In this document: positions 9,664-18,383 of the stretch, piece after piece
Numbering within the stretch: position 1 is the first letter of the stretch
How the letters are laid out: the number at the start of each line of letters is the position of its first letter
NCBI GenBank assembly: GCA_018830005.1
Contig: JAHJTE010000003.1
Span: forward strand, 135,674 to 199,673
DNA length: 64,000 nt
Source: Candidatus Omnitrophota bacterium
GTDB lineage: Bacteria; Omnitrophota; Gorgyraeia; JAHJTE01
Reading direction: 5' to 3'
The notes under the pieces: generated by a model
Told to the model about the DNA's origin: nothing
Database searches by the model: none
Seen by the model: only the letters and a program-made list of their open reading frames with translations
Made by a program: the position numbers and the translations under genes

Positions 9664-10836
9664 TTAGCCTGCAATCATTCCAAATATAATTCCGCTCAGA
9701 GTTGCCATAACGACAACAAGGCCAACATAGACAACAGTCTTCTTAGTTCCTATAACACCTCTAATAACAAGCATATTGGGAAGACTCAAAGCAGGCCCTG
9801 CAAGAAGCAATGCAAGTGCTGGCCCTTTTCCCATGCCAGAACCAATCAAGCCCTGAAGTATGGGAACTTCTGTAAGTGTTGCAAAATACATGAACGCCCC
9901 GACAATTGACGCAAAAAAGTTAGCGAAAAGCGAATTGCCGCCAACAAGCCTCTCAATGAACACTGAAGGGATCAAACCCTCTTGCCCCGGTCTTCCCAAA
10001 AGAAGACCAGCAACCAAAACGCCTGCAAGAAGAAGAGGCATAATCTGCTTTGCAAAACCCCACGAACTCTGCGTCCATTCTTTAAGCTTGTTTTTCTTAA
10101 ACCACCGAAATAACATGATGCCAAGAAGGGATAGAAAAATAAGCGTAATCACCCATTTTGAACCAAAAATAGTAGCCCACAAGCCTGTATCGCCTTCCTG
10201 TGGTTTTCCCCAATTAGCAAAAACAAGAACTGCGACCATAGAGAAAAAATACATTCCGTTCTTCCAAAGAGGTCGCGTTTTCTCTTCTTCGCCGAATTGA
10301 AACTTTCCGTTAACCTGTCTTTCTCGCTCCTCTTTGAGAAATATGAGGTGCATCAGAAGACCGACGACTACACTAAAAACGATTACCCCGACAGCTCTCG
10401 CCACACCAAGCTGCCAACCAAGAATCCTCGCAGTCATTATTATAGCCAAAACATTAATTGCTGGCCCCGAATACAGAAACGCAACAGCAGGCCCAAGCCC
10501 GGCACCCTTCTTGTAGATACCCGAAAACAGAGGAAGAACCGTGCAGGAACAAACAGCAAGAATAGTTCCCGAAACAGAAGCCACGCCGTAAGCAACAATC
10601 TTCTTTGCCTCAGCACCGAAATACTTAATGACAGAAGCCTGACTCACAAAAACAGAAATCGCCCCAGCAATAAAAAAGGCCGGAACAAGACACAACAAAA
10701 CATGCTCCCTTGCATACCACCGCACAAGAGCTAATGACTCAAACAAAGGATTTCTGAAAGGCAGAAGTTCGACAGGCAAATAAAAGCACGCCAAAAACGC
10801 CGCCGTCATCAACAAAAACTTGTCTCTTTCCTTCAT
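9664..10836 (-). CDS. arsP: ArsP-family (DUF318) permease
   Basis: EHVLLCLVPAFFIAG, VCSCTVLPLF, MYFATLTEVPI motifs. Confidence 0.85.
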   Translation of the reverse strand: MKERDKFLLMTAAFLACFYLPVELLPFRNPLFESLALVRWYAREHVLLCLVPAFFIAGAISVFVSQASVIKYFGAEAKKIVAYGVASVSGTILAVCSCTVLPLFSGIYKKGAGLGPAVAFLYSGPAINVLAIIMTARILGWQLGVARAVGVIVFSVVVGLLMHLIFLKEERERQVNGKFQFGEEEKTRPLWKNGMYFFSMVAVLVFANWGKPQEGDTGLWATIFGSKWVITLIFLSLLGIMLFRWFKKNKLKEWTQSSWGFAKQIMPLLLAGVLVAGLLLGRPGQEGLIPSVFIERLVGGNSLFANFFASIVGAFMYFATLTEVPILQGLIGSGMGKGPALALLLAGPALSLPNMLVIRGVIGTKKTVVYVGLVVVMATLSGIIFGMIAG

Positions 10837-10885
10837 TCTTATCTCCACATTTCCATCTGGTTATGTAATTTCGGCAAAAAAATAT

Positions 10886-11227
10886 TCATTTCCTGCAACA
10901 GAGCTTTTTCCTGTTAGCTTTCTCTGCCCTCTTTAAATCATCAATCATTGCCTTGTCATCATTCAGCCACTGACTAAGCATAGCAAGCAGCTTCTTTGCA
11001 TAAAGATTCTTCGGGCTAACAAAATAGTTAGTCCAAAAACCGTCCTGTTCAGAAGCAACAAGGCCAGCACCCACCAACTTTTTAAGCTGTTTGGACACCG
11101 CAGGCTGAGAAACCCCAAGAACAAACGCAAGCTCACAAACACACATCTTACGCTTCTCAAGAAGCTTCAGAATCCTCACCCTGTTAACATCAGCCAACGC
11201 CTTAAAGATAGTATCCAAATCTTTCAT
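10886..11227 (-). CDS. arsR: ArsR/SmtB transcriptional repressor
   Basis: FKALAD..R..IL, MCVCEL, SQPAVSKQL; C-terminal CC; first gene of the ars operon. Confidence 0.92.
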   Translation of the reverse strand: MKDLDTIFKALADVNRVRILKLLEKRKMCVCELAFVLGVSQPAVSKQLKKLVGAGLVASEQDGFWTNYFVSPKNLYAKKLLAMLSQWLNDDKAMIDDLKRAEKANRKKLCCRK

Positions 11228-11392
11228 AAATATACACCCTTTCACAACCAAATAACTAAACGGTTATATAAATCTTACTGTTTCCAACCCAAGAAGTCAA
11301 GAACAAAAAAGTTCGGATATTTGAATAAGGGGGGTCGATTCAGACAAAATCCGAACTCTGTATTTCTACTGCGAAAAACGCATTTTCCATAT

Positions 11393-11426
11393 AAAAAAGC
11401 CCCAGCTACGATAAGTAACTGAGGCT
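11393..11426 (-). terminator. cassette-end terminator
   Basis: AAAAAAGCCCCAGCTAC GATAA GTAACTGAGGCT hairpin. Confidence 0.55.
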
Positions 11427-11455
11427 ATATCCGAAAAAAGTTCGGATTTTCAAAT

Positions 11456-11484
11456 TGGCTCCCCGAAACGTTCTCTCATCAAAC
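11456..11484 (+). repeat. att junction J6
   Basis: TGGCTCCCC + 15 nt + CAAAC. Confidence 0.7.
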
Positions 11485-11556
11485 CACATTCACCTATGAG
11501 TTTCGATTTACGATACGGAGAACTGCTCACGGACAGAAGCGGCTTTCTTCAAAACC

Positions 11557-11582
11557 CTCCCCTATTGGACGAGTTTCGCAAC
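11557..11582 (+). repeat. att junction J7
   Basis: CTCCCCTATTGGACGAGTTTCGCAAC (one C shorter than J2-J4). Confidence 0.75.
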
Positions 11583-11654
11583 TGGCTGGACTCAGAAAGA
11601 GACAACATCCATAATCTGAGTCTCAAGTAATTGTTAATATAAACTTAACTAAGC

Positions 11655-12449
11655 TCAATGTAGCACTTTGAAAGACTGGACTATCTTCGCCATTGTCTCA
11701 AGCAATTCCTCATCTGGAGGGTCGCGTGTAATCCGGATAAATTGCACAGAGCTAAAATGGCCTTTTAGGAAGCGGATTGCCCCATATATCTGCCGAAGAC
11801 TGCTGACCAGTCCAGACTCAAACACGGCTTCTTTATGAAAAATAATCATATCACCCAATACGTTACAAATAATTACCTTAGGGTTTAGGTTTCCGTTAGA
11901 GTCCAATCCAGTTATTACTTGTTTCTGTTCAGGGGTAACATTATTTAAAACAGAGTCATCGATTGAGATATGTTCCGATTTCGATAATTCGCTACAAAAA
12001 TTTGAAATTGTAAGATTTTCTACTTGGCTACGCAATCTCTCTTGAATAGCAACAGGAAACATATCTATAAATAAACCAACTGCTATAGGGTCATATAATC
12101 CCCCCAAAGCCTGCGCTCCCACCCACGTTCTGCCGGACCTAACCACAAGAGTGCCCCATAATACACTTTTACCCTTGTGCAATCCATATGAAAATTGCGG
12201 AAAGAAAATCGCTTCTCCTGAATCGCCGCCAGGCATATCTACATTATCAACATTTTTCGGAATACCAAAACTTACAGGATATGAAAATTCAAAACGATTC
12301 TGAGTATCGCGATAAATACTCCATTTTTCATTTGATGCTGTCTTCGAAAAAGGCGATTCCGCGAATGCCACCGCTAAAAAATGCACCAATCCAATAAAAA
12401 CAATAAGGACAAACGCAATAACAATATCAATAAATATTCTCCTCTTCAT
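11655..12449 (-). CDS. hypothetical membrane-anchored/secreted protein
   Basis: 264 aa, N-terminal TM, W.IY.D...FEFSYP and C-terminal IVQSFK reminiscent of PsbP-like proteins; AGGAG SD. Confidence 0.65.
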   Translation of the reverse strand: MKRRIFIDIVIAFVLIVFIGLVHFLAVAFAESPFSKTASNEKWSIYRDTQNRFEFSYPVSFGIPKNVDNVDMPGGDSGEAIFFPQFSYGLHKGKSVLWGTLVVRSGRTWVGAQALGGLYDPIAVGLFIDMFPVAIQERLRSQVENLTISNFCSELSKSEHISIDDSVLNNVTPEQKQVITGLDSNGNLNPKVIICNVLGDMIIFHKEAVFESGLVSSLRQIYGAIRFLKGHFSSVQFIRITRDPPDEELLETMAKIVQSFKVLH

Positions 12450-12478
12450 CTTTTCTCCTTTTGATATTCAGCTAAAAC

Positions 12479-12578
12479 AAAAACCCACTGCAATATATTA
12501 TATCACAGTGGGTTAGGATGGCAACTCCACGCTTAGAGTCAGTTAAAACGGAGCCCCATTAAAAGTGGGGCTCCGTTT
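12479..12578 (-). terminator. two tandem cassette-end hairpins flanking degenerate junction CTCCAC (12525)
   Basis: AACCCACTG...CAGTGGGTT (like 362-397) and AAACGGAGCCCCA TTAAAAG TGGGGCTCCGTTT. Confidence 0.6.
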
Positions 12579-12582
12579 GAAG

Positions 12583-12984
12583 TGGCTCCCCGAGCGAGAC
12601 TCGAAGCGAACAATAAGGCGTGTCGTAACTGATGAATTGCCATACCATTACAGATGGCACAATAAAACAAAAACTCTATTTCGGGGCAAAAAGCCGGATT
12701 TTATTCCAAGAGGCAAGATTGTTTCAAAGAAAGAACTGCGGCATTACAAGTATTTGCAGGAGTATAAAAACCCGATTAAGAAGGCGATGGGATTTCAGCG
12801 GATCATGCAGGAAGAAAACCTGAACCAAGGACAACTGGCAAAAAAAATGGGAATATCACGAGTAAGAATAACTCAAGTATTAAACCTGCTCAAGCTACCA
12901 CAAGAACAACAGACTTACGTTTTGGAATATGGTAAAAAAGAACAAATAACCGAAAGAATGTTAAGAGAATCTCCGAACCATTAA
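12583..12984 (+). CDS. detached C-terminal segment of the serine recombinase with ParB/Spo0J-like HTH
   Basis: Frame runs WLP|ERDS across the att core, same frame as the LSR WLP; NPIKKA...LNQGQLAKKMGISRVRITQVLNLLKLP resembles the ParB HTH; no good own start or SD. Confidence 0.7.
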   Translation, partial: WLPERDSKRTIRRVVTDELPYHYRWHNKTKTLFRGKKPDFIPRGKIVSKKELRHYKYLQEYKNPIKKAMGFQRIMQEENLNQGQLAKKMGISRVRITQVLNLLKLPQEQQTYVLEYGKKEQITERMLRESPNH

Positions 12985-15428
12985 TTATTCGTTGGCTTCA
13001 TATTCATCGCCAATAGTACAGATTTTAAATAATTATTTCTTCCGTAACATAACAATAGTCTATTTACTGTATTAACGCTAAATCCCTGATCAGGAATATT
13101 AAATCTGATTTTCCCCAAAAATCTATAACTCTGTTGAGCACTATCAATATTTTGTTTATCCATCCATTGCCAATCTTTTTGAGCTTGATTATATGAAGAA
13201 TCCAACTCCGACAATAATGTGGATATAATCTGATTTGCTTTTGTTTGATCCGTTTCATTCCCCACAGAAAGAAATATTTTATGTAAAACTTGCCTTAAAT
13301 CCCTCAATTTTCCAGCTTTTCTCATTTCTAAACAAATAAAAGAATTAGCCTCAAATGTAAATTCATAAGCACTCATCTTTTTCGATAAATTTTCCCACAA
13401 GCATTGCCCCTTATTAGAAACTTTCAATATTTCTTCCCATCGGAACTGATTATCAGTATATAAAATTGCCCCTGTTAATTGAGCAAGAAAGAAACCCAAC
13501 TCAAAATTTGGCGTTAAATGAGATATAAGTATCTGCCCTGCTCCCTTTTTCCCAACAGACGGCTGCAATAAGGCAAGAGGATCTGCCTTGCGCTGCTGTT
13601 TCATATATTCTAATACTTTTTCTGTATCGTCTTCAGACAAATCAGGCAAAGCTTTTGTAATATTATGCCTCAAGCTTTCCTCCGGCAACCCACTCATCAT
13701 CCTTTTTATATCATCCATACAAAGATCCTTCATTGGTGCCATTTGATCATCGCTCAACTTAAGTCCTTTAAGGCGAGATTGAGCCATTTCCCATATTTGC
13801 TTTTGAAGTTGAAGATTCAAAGAACAAGGATCAGGAATCAAATTAATGATTCCTTTTTCAATAAAAGGCATTAACTGCATAAATAACAATGCGTTTTTAA
13901 GTGTCTCTTGTTTATATTGAGCAGGTGATTCAACAGGATTATATTCTGGTTTTATGTATGTGGGATTCATAAATGGGTTCATAACCAATATTTCATCAAA
14001 ATAAAGCGAATAACTAATAACATTTTGAAGAATTGTTCTCGGGTCAATCAGGCCAGCATAAAGAACCCTTGATACTCTTTTATCAGGCATTGGTAATAAC
14101 TCAATTATATTTGTCCCTTTAGGCCATAAACATTCAAATGCCTTATGAATATCTGCAACCTGCTTATCACTTAATTCGGCACGAATATCTTCCCATGTTT
14201 TTCCCCGTGATAATCCCAAAATATTCATCAACATGTTAAAAAACATTAAATTCCGTTCTCTAATACTCCGCACATTAGTTATTGGCATCTCACCTGATTT
14301 CTTATCCCTACAGCATTTTTTGTATTTTTTCCCACTACCACAAATGCATTCATCATTAGCCCCGACTTTCTCCTTTCTTTCTGGCTTTTTTAGATATGAC
14401 AAATCACCTACAGTGCGACCATATGCATCTTGATAATGAGTTCTACCATCTTCATAACCAACATATATTTCCCCTCCAAAATGATGCAACTCATTCTTAG
14501 GTGGCATTAACACTCGCCCCAACTCCGACCACTCACATCTAATTTCTTTCTCAGGAAATAACCATTCTTTTTGGGCTGCGGCTACATATCTTCGTGCACG
14601 ACACTTTAAAATCAAATTTATTTTATTTACATCATTAGCCTCTATTTTACGCGAGCGTATCATTGCATCAATACGCGAAATCGTCGAATCAAAATGTCTC
14701 GCATTCGTCCTGTTCGAAAGTAAGTCTTGGCTATCCGAATCTTTTGCATATTCTAAATTTGTTAAAATAAGACAATGATTTAAGTCTAGAGGAAATATAG
14801 TCTGAGAACCCTTAAAAGAAATTAAAGGATCATCGGGGTACTTACAATGAGTAGAATCAGGCGGGCAAGCAGCATTATATATTGTCACAGGGTGATCAGT
14901 AATAATAAATTTTACATCTGAGTCTTCAGCAGACACAATTTCACGGGTTGCTTCAACCCACATCGTACAGTGCATTTGTCTTATATGCTGCATTTCAAGC
15001 AACAATTGAATCTTATTTATACCAGGATACTTTGTTTGAAGCCAATTCAATCCCTTTGGTGTTCGAATCTTTTGGGCATCTAAATATCCAAAGAACTCCT
15101 GGAAGGTTTTATGCATCGAAAGAAAATCGTTACTAATAAATGCCCGAATCGCAGCAAAACCAAATGTATCAATTTCACCAAAAAGATACTTTTCAATCTC
15201 ATCATTAATTAAACCAAAAAAGAATGTCGTGTATAAATCCTTTTCACAAAAACACTGTGACGGCGACCACCAGTGATAACTGTTAAAGACAACTTCTTTG
15301 CCATTAGGAAGAATCTTTTTATCTGGATGTAAATTTAGATAACAAAGCTTACTCCCCTTTGATAATAAAAATCTCTTTTGATACCATTCTGGTACATAAT
15401 GATTTTTTCTAGTTACAGATTTTTGCAT
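12981..15428 (-). CDS. DUF4238 domain protein with SEC-C motif
   Basis: NHYVPEWYQKRF start, FIITDHPV, FPLD motifs; GANDECICGSGKKYKKCC. Confidence 0.8.
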   Translation of the reverse strand: MQKSVTRKNHYVPEWYQKRFLLSKGSKLCYLNLHPDKKILPNGKEVVFNSYHWWSPSQCFCEKDLYTTFFFGLINDEIEKYLFGEIDTFGFAAIRAFISNDFLSMHKTFQEFFGYLDAQKIRTPKGLNWLQTKYPGINKIQLLLEMQHIRQMHCTMWVEATREIVSAEDSDVKFIITDHPVTIYNAACPPDSTHCKYPDDPLISFKGSQTIFPLDLNHCLILTNLEYAKDSDSQDLLSNRTNARHFDSTISRIDAMIRSRKIEANDVNKINLILKCRARRYVAAAQKEWLFPEKEIRCEWSELGRVLMPPKNELHHFGGEIYVGYEDGRTHYQDAYGRTVGDLSYLKKPERKEKVGANDECICGSGKKYKKCCRDKKSGEMPITNVRSIRERNLMFFNMLMNILGLSRGKTWEDIRAELSDKQVADIHKAFECLWPKGTNIIELLPMPDKRVSRVLYAGLIDPRTILQNVISYSLYFDEILVMNPFMNPTYIKPEYNPVESPAQYKQETLKNALLFMQLMPFIEKGIINLIPDPCSLNLQLQKQIWEMAQSRLKGLKLSDDQMAPMKDLCMDDIKRMMSGLPEESLRHNITKALPDLSEDDTEKVLEYMKQQRKADPLALLQPSVGKKGAGQILISHLTPNFELGFFLAQLTGAILYTDNQFRWEEILKVSNKGQCLWENLSKKMSAYEFTFEANSFICLEMRKAGKLRDLRQVLHKIFLSVGNETDQTKANQIISTLLSELDSSYNQAQKDWQWMDKQNIDSAQQSYRFLGKIRFNIPDQGFSVNTVNRLLLCYGRNNYLKSVLLAMNMKPTNN

Positions 15429-15609
15429 TACTTTCTAATATCTCCTGACAATGCCGCATCCAAATTCTTGCACAGATATCAATAATTTCTTCCCTTCTCT
15501 CTTCTTGTGATAAATGAGAACTAGGATTCATTGGATTAGGGTTATCTGGATCAGCAGGTATAAATGTAAGCTTTATGTTGTCCCAATCAATTTTATTTCT
15601 TCCCGCCAC
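15409..15609 (-). CDS. small hypothetical protein
   Basis: 66-aa ORF overlapping its neighbours; EERREEII motif loosely similar to 53715-53900. Confidence 0.5.
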   Translation of the reverse strand: MAGRNKIDWDNIKLTFIPADPDNPNPMNPSSHLSQEERREEIIDICARIWMRHCQEILESNAKICN

Positions 15610-15790
15610 CTTTCACCTCCCTTGTTTTTTCCTTTTTTAATATTGGCTCCAAAAGTTCGTCAGCATAAGGAAGTAACAAGTCGACCTCTTTGGGAAGAAC
15701 GATGTCAGAAATATCACCTAAATTATCCGTTATAATCAATTCCTTCTTTTTCTTCAGCACAAGAAACCTCCTCAAACCCTTTTTCTTCAT
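15593..15790 (-). CDS. small hypothetical protein
   Basis: 65-aa ORF with AAGGA SD, coupled to the downstream ORF. Confidence 0.45.
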   Translation of the reverse strand: MKKKGLRRFLVLKKKKELIITDNLGDISDIVLPKEVDLLLPYADELLEPILKKEKTREVKGGGKK

Positions 15791-15901
15791 TTATTTCCTT
15801 ATTATTGTAAAGATACACCGCTTTAGCTAACAAAGCACCAATCCGGTCAATACGTTCACTCATTGATAAATGCTCATACATAATTCTACTCCTGGATATA
15901 A

Positions 15902-16360
15902 TTACTTTTGAACCTTGTCAATTATCTTGTGCCACGCTTCAAGACAATCATTAACTTGAGATGATTTAATATTTAGTCCTTTCCAGCCATCCGGATATCT
16001 AATGCAAAGTTCCTCATCAATCTTAATTTCTTTATATCGCTTTTTTTCCTCAGAGACAAGTTTCTTCCAATCCTCAACGCCAATCACATAAAAATCTGGT
16101 CGATCTTTAAATTTTTTCTTCTCAAAATCAATAAGTACCAAGAGATCGTTCTCCCTAAAGACGCCACTCACTCCTGGCCATTCGCGACCTTGTTTCGCCT
16201 TAACCTGAATTCTTAACATTTTATAATCCGTTTCAACAAGAATATCTGTCCGCTTATGATGTCCCATAGTCAACTGTGCATAAATCCCTCGTTTACATAA
16301 TTCACTCGCGACAGAATATTCACCACTCAAGCCAAGAAACTCTTTGGATAATTTCTTCAT
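15902..16360 (-). CDS. PD-(D/E)XK-like nuclease family protein
   Basis: GLSGEYSVASELCKRG ... TDILV ... IQVKAK motif. Confidence 0.65.
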   Translation of the reverse strand: MKKLSKEFLGLSGEYSVASELCKRGIYAQLTMGHHKRTDILVETDYKMLRIQVKAKQGREWPGVSGVFRENDLLVLIDFEKKKFKDRPDFYVIGVEDWKKLVSEEKKRYKEIKIDEELCIRYPDGWKGLNIKSSQVNDCLEAWHKIIDKVQK

Positions 16361-16390
16361 ATCAATTCTTCTCCTTAAACATTCCCCATA

Positions 16391-17548
16391 CTATCTCTTC
16401 GTTGAATATTTCTTGTTTTTCCTCAACCAACCCATAGCTCTATACACATCTTTAATCCCAAGGAACCATTCTGCTAATAATTGTGTAGCTGACTCATCTT
16501 TCTCATCAGGAAAAGATTCATCCCATTTCTTTGCACAATCTCTAGCATTATCTCCAATACACCCCATATTGAATAATTCTCTTTTCACACATTCTAAGAA
16601 TACTAAATCAGCAACAATATGATAGTTAATCCATTTCTTGTCAGACACGTGATAACGTTGCAGCTTTGGCTCTATATGCTCGCCATGTACAATGCTATTT
16701 CGTAAATTATAGAAATCCCAAGCCCACCAGTAAAGTTTACTGCACCTGTGTTTCTTCCCCTTATTATCTGTTCTTGTTAGTTTAATAAATTCAGAACATT
16801 TTACCTGCTCATCAAGTTTCTCGGCTATCCAGCCTTTCTTATTAGGCACATTAGGAACCTGTAATAGAATTTCAAATGCCGTTGCCATCATAACAATTTT
16901 AGACAAAAAAGACACATCTTCATTTTGCACATGAGATAATCGAAACCATTCGAGACTTCTAAAAATTCGCTCTCTCACTTCAACCGAGACATTATTTTCA
17001 AACATTTTATTAAAACCGCTCATAAGTTCTTCGTTGGGCGATTTAAAGAATCCGCCAGTACTCCACGGTTTAGGAAAAGTAACTTCTCCCATTTCCCAAC
17101 CACCACTAAGCAAATTTCCTGCACGAACAGCAATATGATTATTGCCAGGAATAAAATTTTGAGTTATTAATTGAAATACTTCCGAACTTGATGGTCCCAT
17201 ACTTCGATTATTAGCGCATACAGCATTCTTTACTGTTGGAGCAATGGCACAAAAAGTAAGCATATTTACCGCATCCCTTAAATCGGAGTATTCTTTCTTG
17301 CTTAAACATCTGAAATTATTCTTCTTATAGGAACAGACTACAATCGTATCTACAGCTTTACCTTGATGATCTACATAAGAACTAAAATACCTTGTTAGAT
17401 GTTTCAACAAAGATTGGTTCTTAATCTTCGTATCAGCGTTTGTAAAAGACCAGAATAAGACAGGGCCAATTTGCAACTCATCCTTAAAATCCGCCCATGG
17501 CATAAATGATACTTGATGATATTTTTGTTTCTTTATTTTTGTACCCAT
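16391..17548 (-). CDS. Apea-like HEPN domain protein
   Basis: MATAFEILL ... YNLRNSIVHG (Rx4H). Confidence 0.7.
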   Translation of the reverse strand: MGTKIKKQKYHQVSFMPWADFKDELQIGPVLFWSFTNADTKIKNQSLLKHLTRYFSSYVDHQGKAVDTIVVCSYKKNNFRCLSKKEYSDLRDAVNMLTFCAIAPTVKNAVCANNRSMGPSSSEVFQLITQNFIPGNNHIAVRAGNLLSGGWEMGEVTFPKPWSTGGFFKSPNEELMSGFNKMFENNVSVEVRERIFRSLEWFRLSHVQNEDVSFLSKIVMMATAFEILLQVPNVPNKKGWIAEKLDEQVKCSEFIKLTRTDNKGKKHRCSKLYWWAWDFYNLRNSIVHGEHIEPKLQRYHVSDKKWINYHIVADLVFLECVKRELFNMGCIGDNARDCAKKWDESFPDEKDESATQLLAEWFLGIKDVYRAMGWLRKNKKYSTKR

Positions 17549-17711
17549 TTTTTCAACACTTATTTATTATTCCGATCCAATCTGTTGGTTGGCTATTGCT
17601 TCAGCAACACTAAGCATCAAATTGTACAGAGAATCCGACATCATAAAATATGTTCCTCCAGAAGGTTATTATACCAAAACGAGGGGGTAAAAACACCAAA
17701 GAAGTCCTGAG

Positions 17712-17984
17712 TCAAACGTCATCATCAAGCTCACAGATAATTGCCTCAACTTTCTCCTCGGAAATTTCTATTTGGTAGTCGGGATGTTCTTCAGTTTTTT
17801 GCTGTTCTTCTTCCATGCGCTGCTTCTCATCAGTAAAATCTCTGTATTCCTCGTAATCCCTCACTCTCCGCACGCTTTTAATAGCCGCTGGGCTATTCAT
17901 CCTTCGCCTTACGGCATTCAAAGCACTGTTGATGTCTTTTGTACTCATTCTTCTCAGGTTTGGTATTTGACTCATGCATATCAC
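17712..17984 (-). CDS. hypothetical protein
   Basis: 90-aa ORF; GAGGTGA SD before the in-frame ATG at 17975. Confidence 0.5.
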   Translation of the reverse strand: MICMSQIPNLRRMSTKDINSALNAVRRRMNSPAAIKSVRRVRDYEEYRDFTDEKQRMEEEQQKTEEHPDYQIEISEEKVEAIICELDDDV

Positions 17985-18032
17985 CTCAATTGTTTTTTTT
18001 CTCGTACGAAAGAAAGAGAAAAAAACAATCCC

Positions 18033-18383
18033 TCAGGAAGCCTTTAACCCCGGCTTAAAGTCATACATCCGCGTCTGGCTAATCTCACACTGCATTCTTT
18101 CCTCATCACAATAAAGCGACTTAGGCACTATGGTGAATTTGAACGCTTCCCTTACTCTGGGCAAGTTATCGTACACCGTAGACACCGGAATTCCTGTGCG
18201 CTTTGATATCTCTGTGAGAGTCATGCGGCTGTCTTCAAGAAGAAGAGGCACGATCTTCTTCATCATATGCATGCGCTCGCTAATAAACACCAGAGAGTGC
18301 GTGAATTGCCGTTCCTTCCTCACAAACTCAATCTCGCCCCTCAGGTACCCAACAGACCTTGCAATTCTTTCTTTGCGATTCAT
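18033..18383 (-). CDS. Lrp/AsnC-type winged-HTH protein
   Basis: LLEDSRMTLTEISKRTGIPVSTVYDNL. Confidence 0.7.
   Translation of the reverse strand: MNRKERIARSVGYLRGEIEFVRKERQFTHSLVFISERMHMMKKIVPLLLEDSRMTLTEISKRTGIPVSTVYDNLPRVREAFKFTIVPKSLYCDEERMQCEISQTRMYDFKPGLKAS

Noticed and set aside
3017-11582. Repeated 27-30 bp motif as a CRISPR array
   Set aside because: Spacing is 0.1-4.6 kb with whole genes in between; no cas genes seen.
362-12616. Classical integron (IntI/attC)
   Set aside because: The junctions match the tRNA 3' end rather than the RYYYAAC...GTTRRRY attC pattern; the only tyrosine recombinase is 15 kb away and does not look like IntI.
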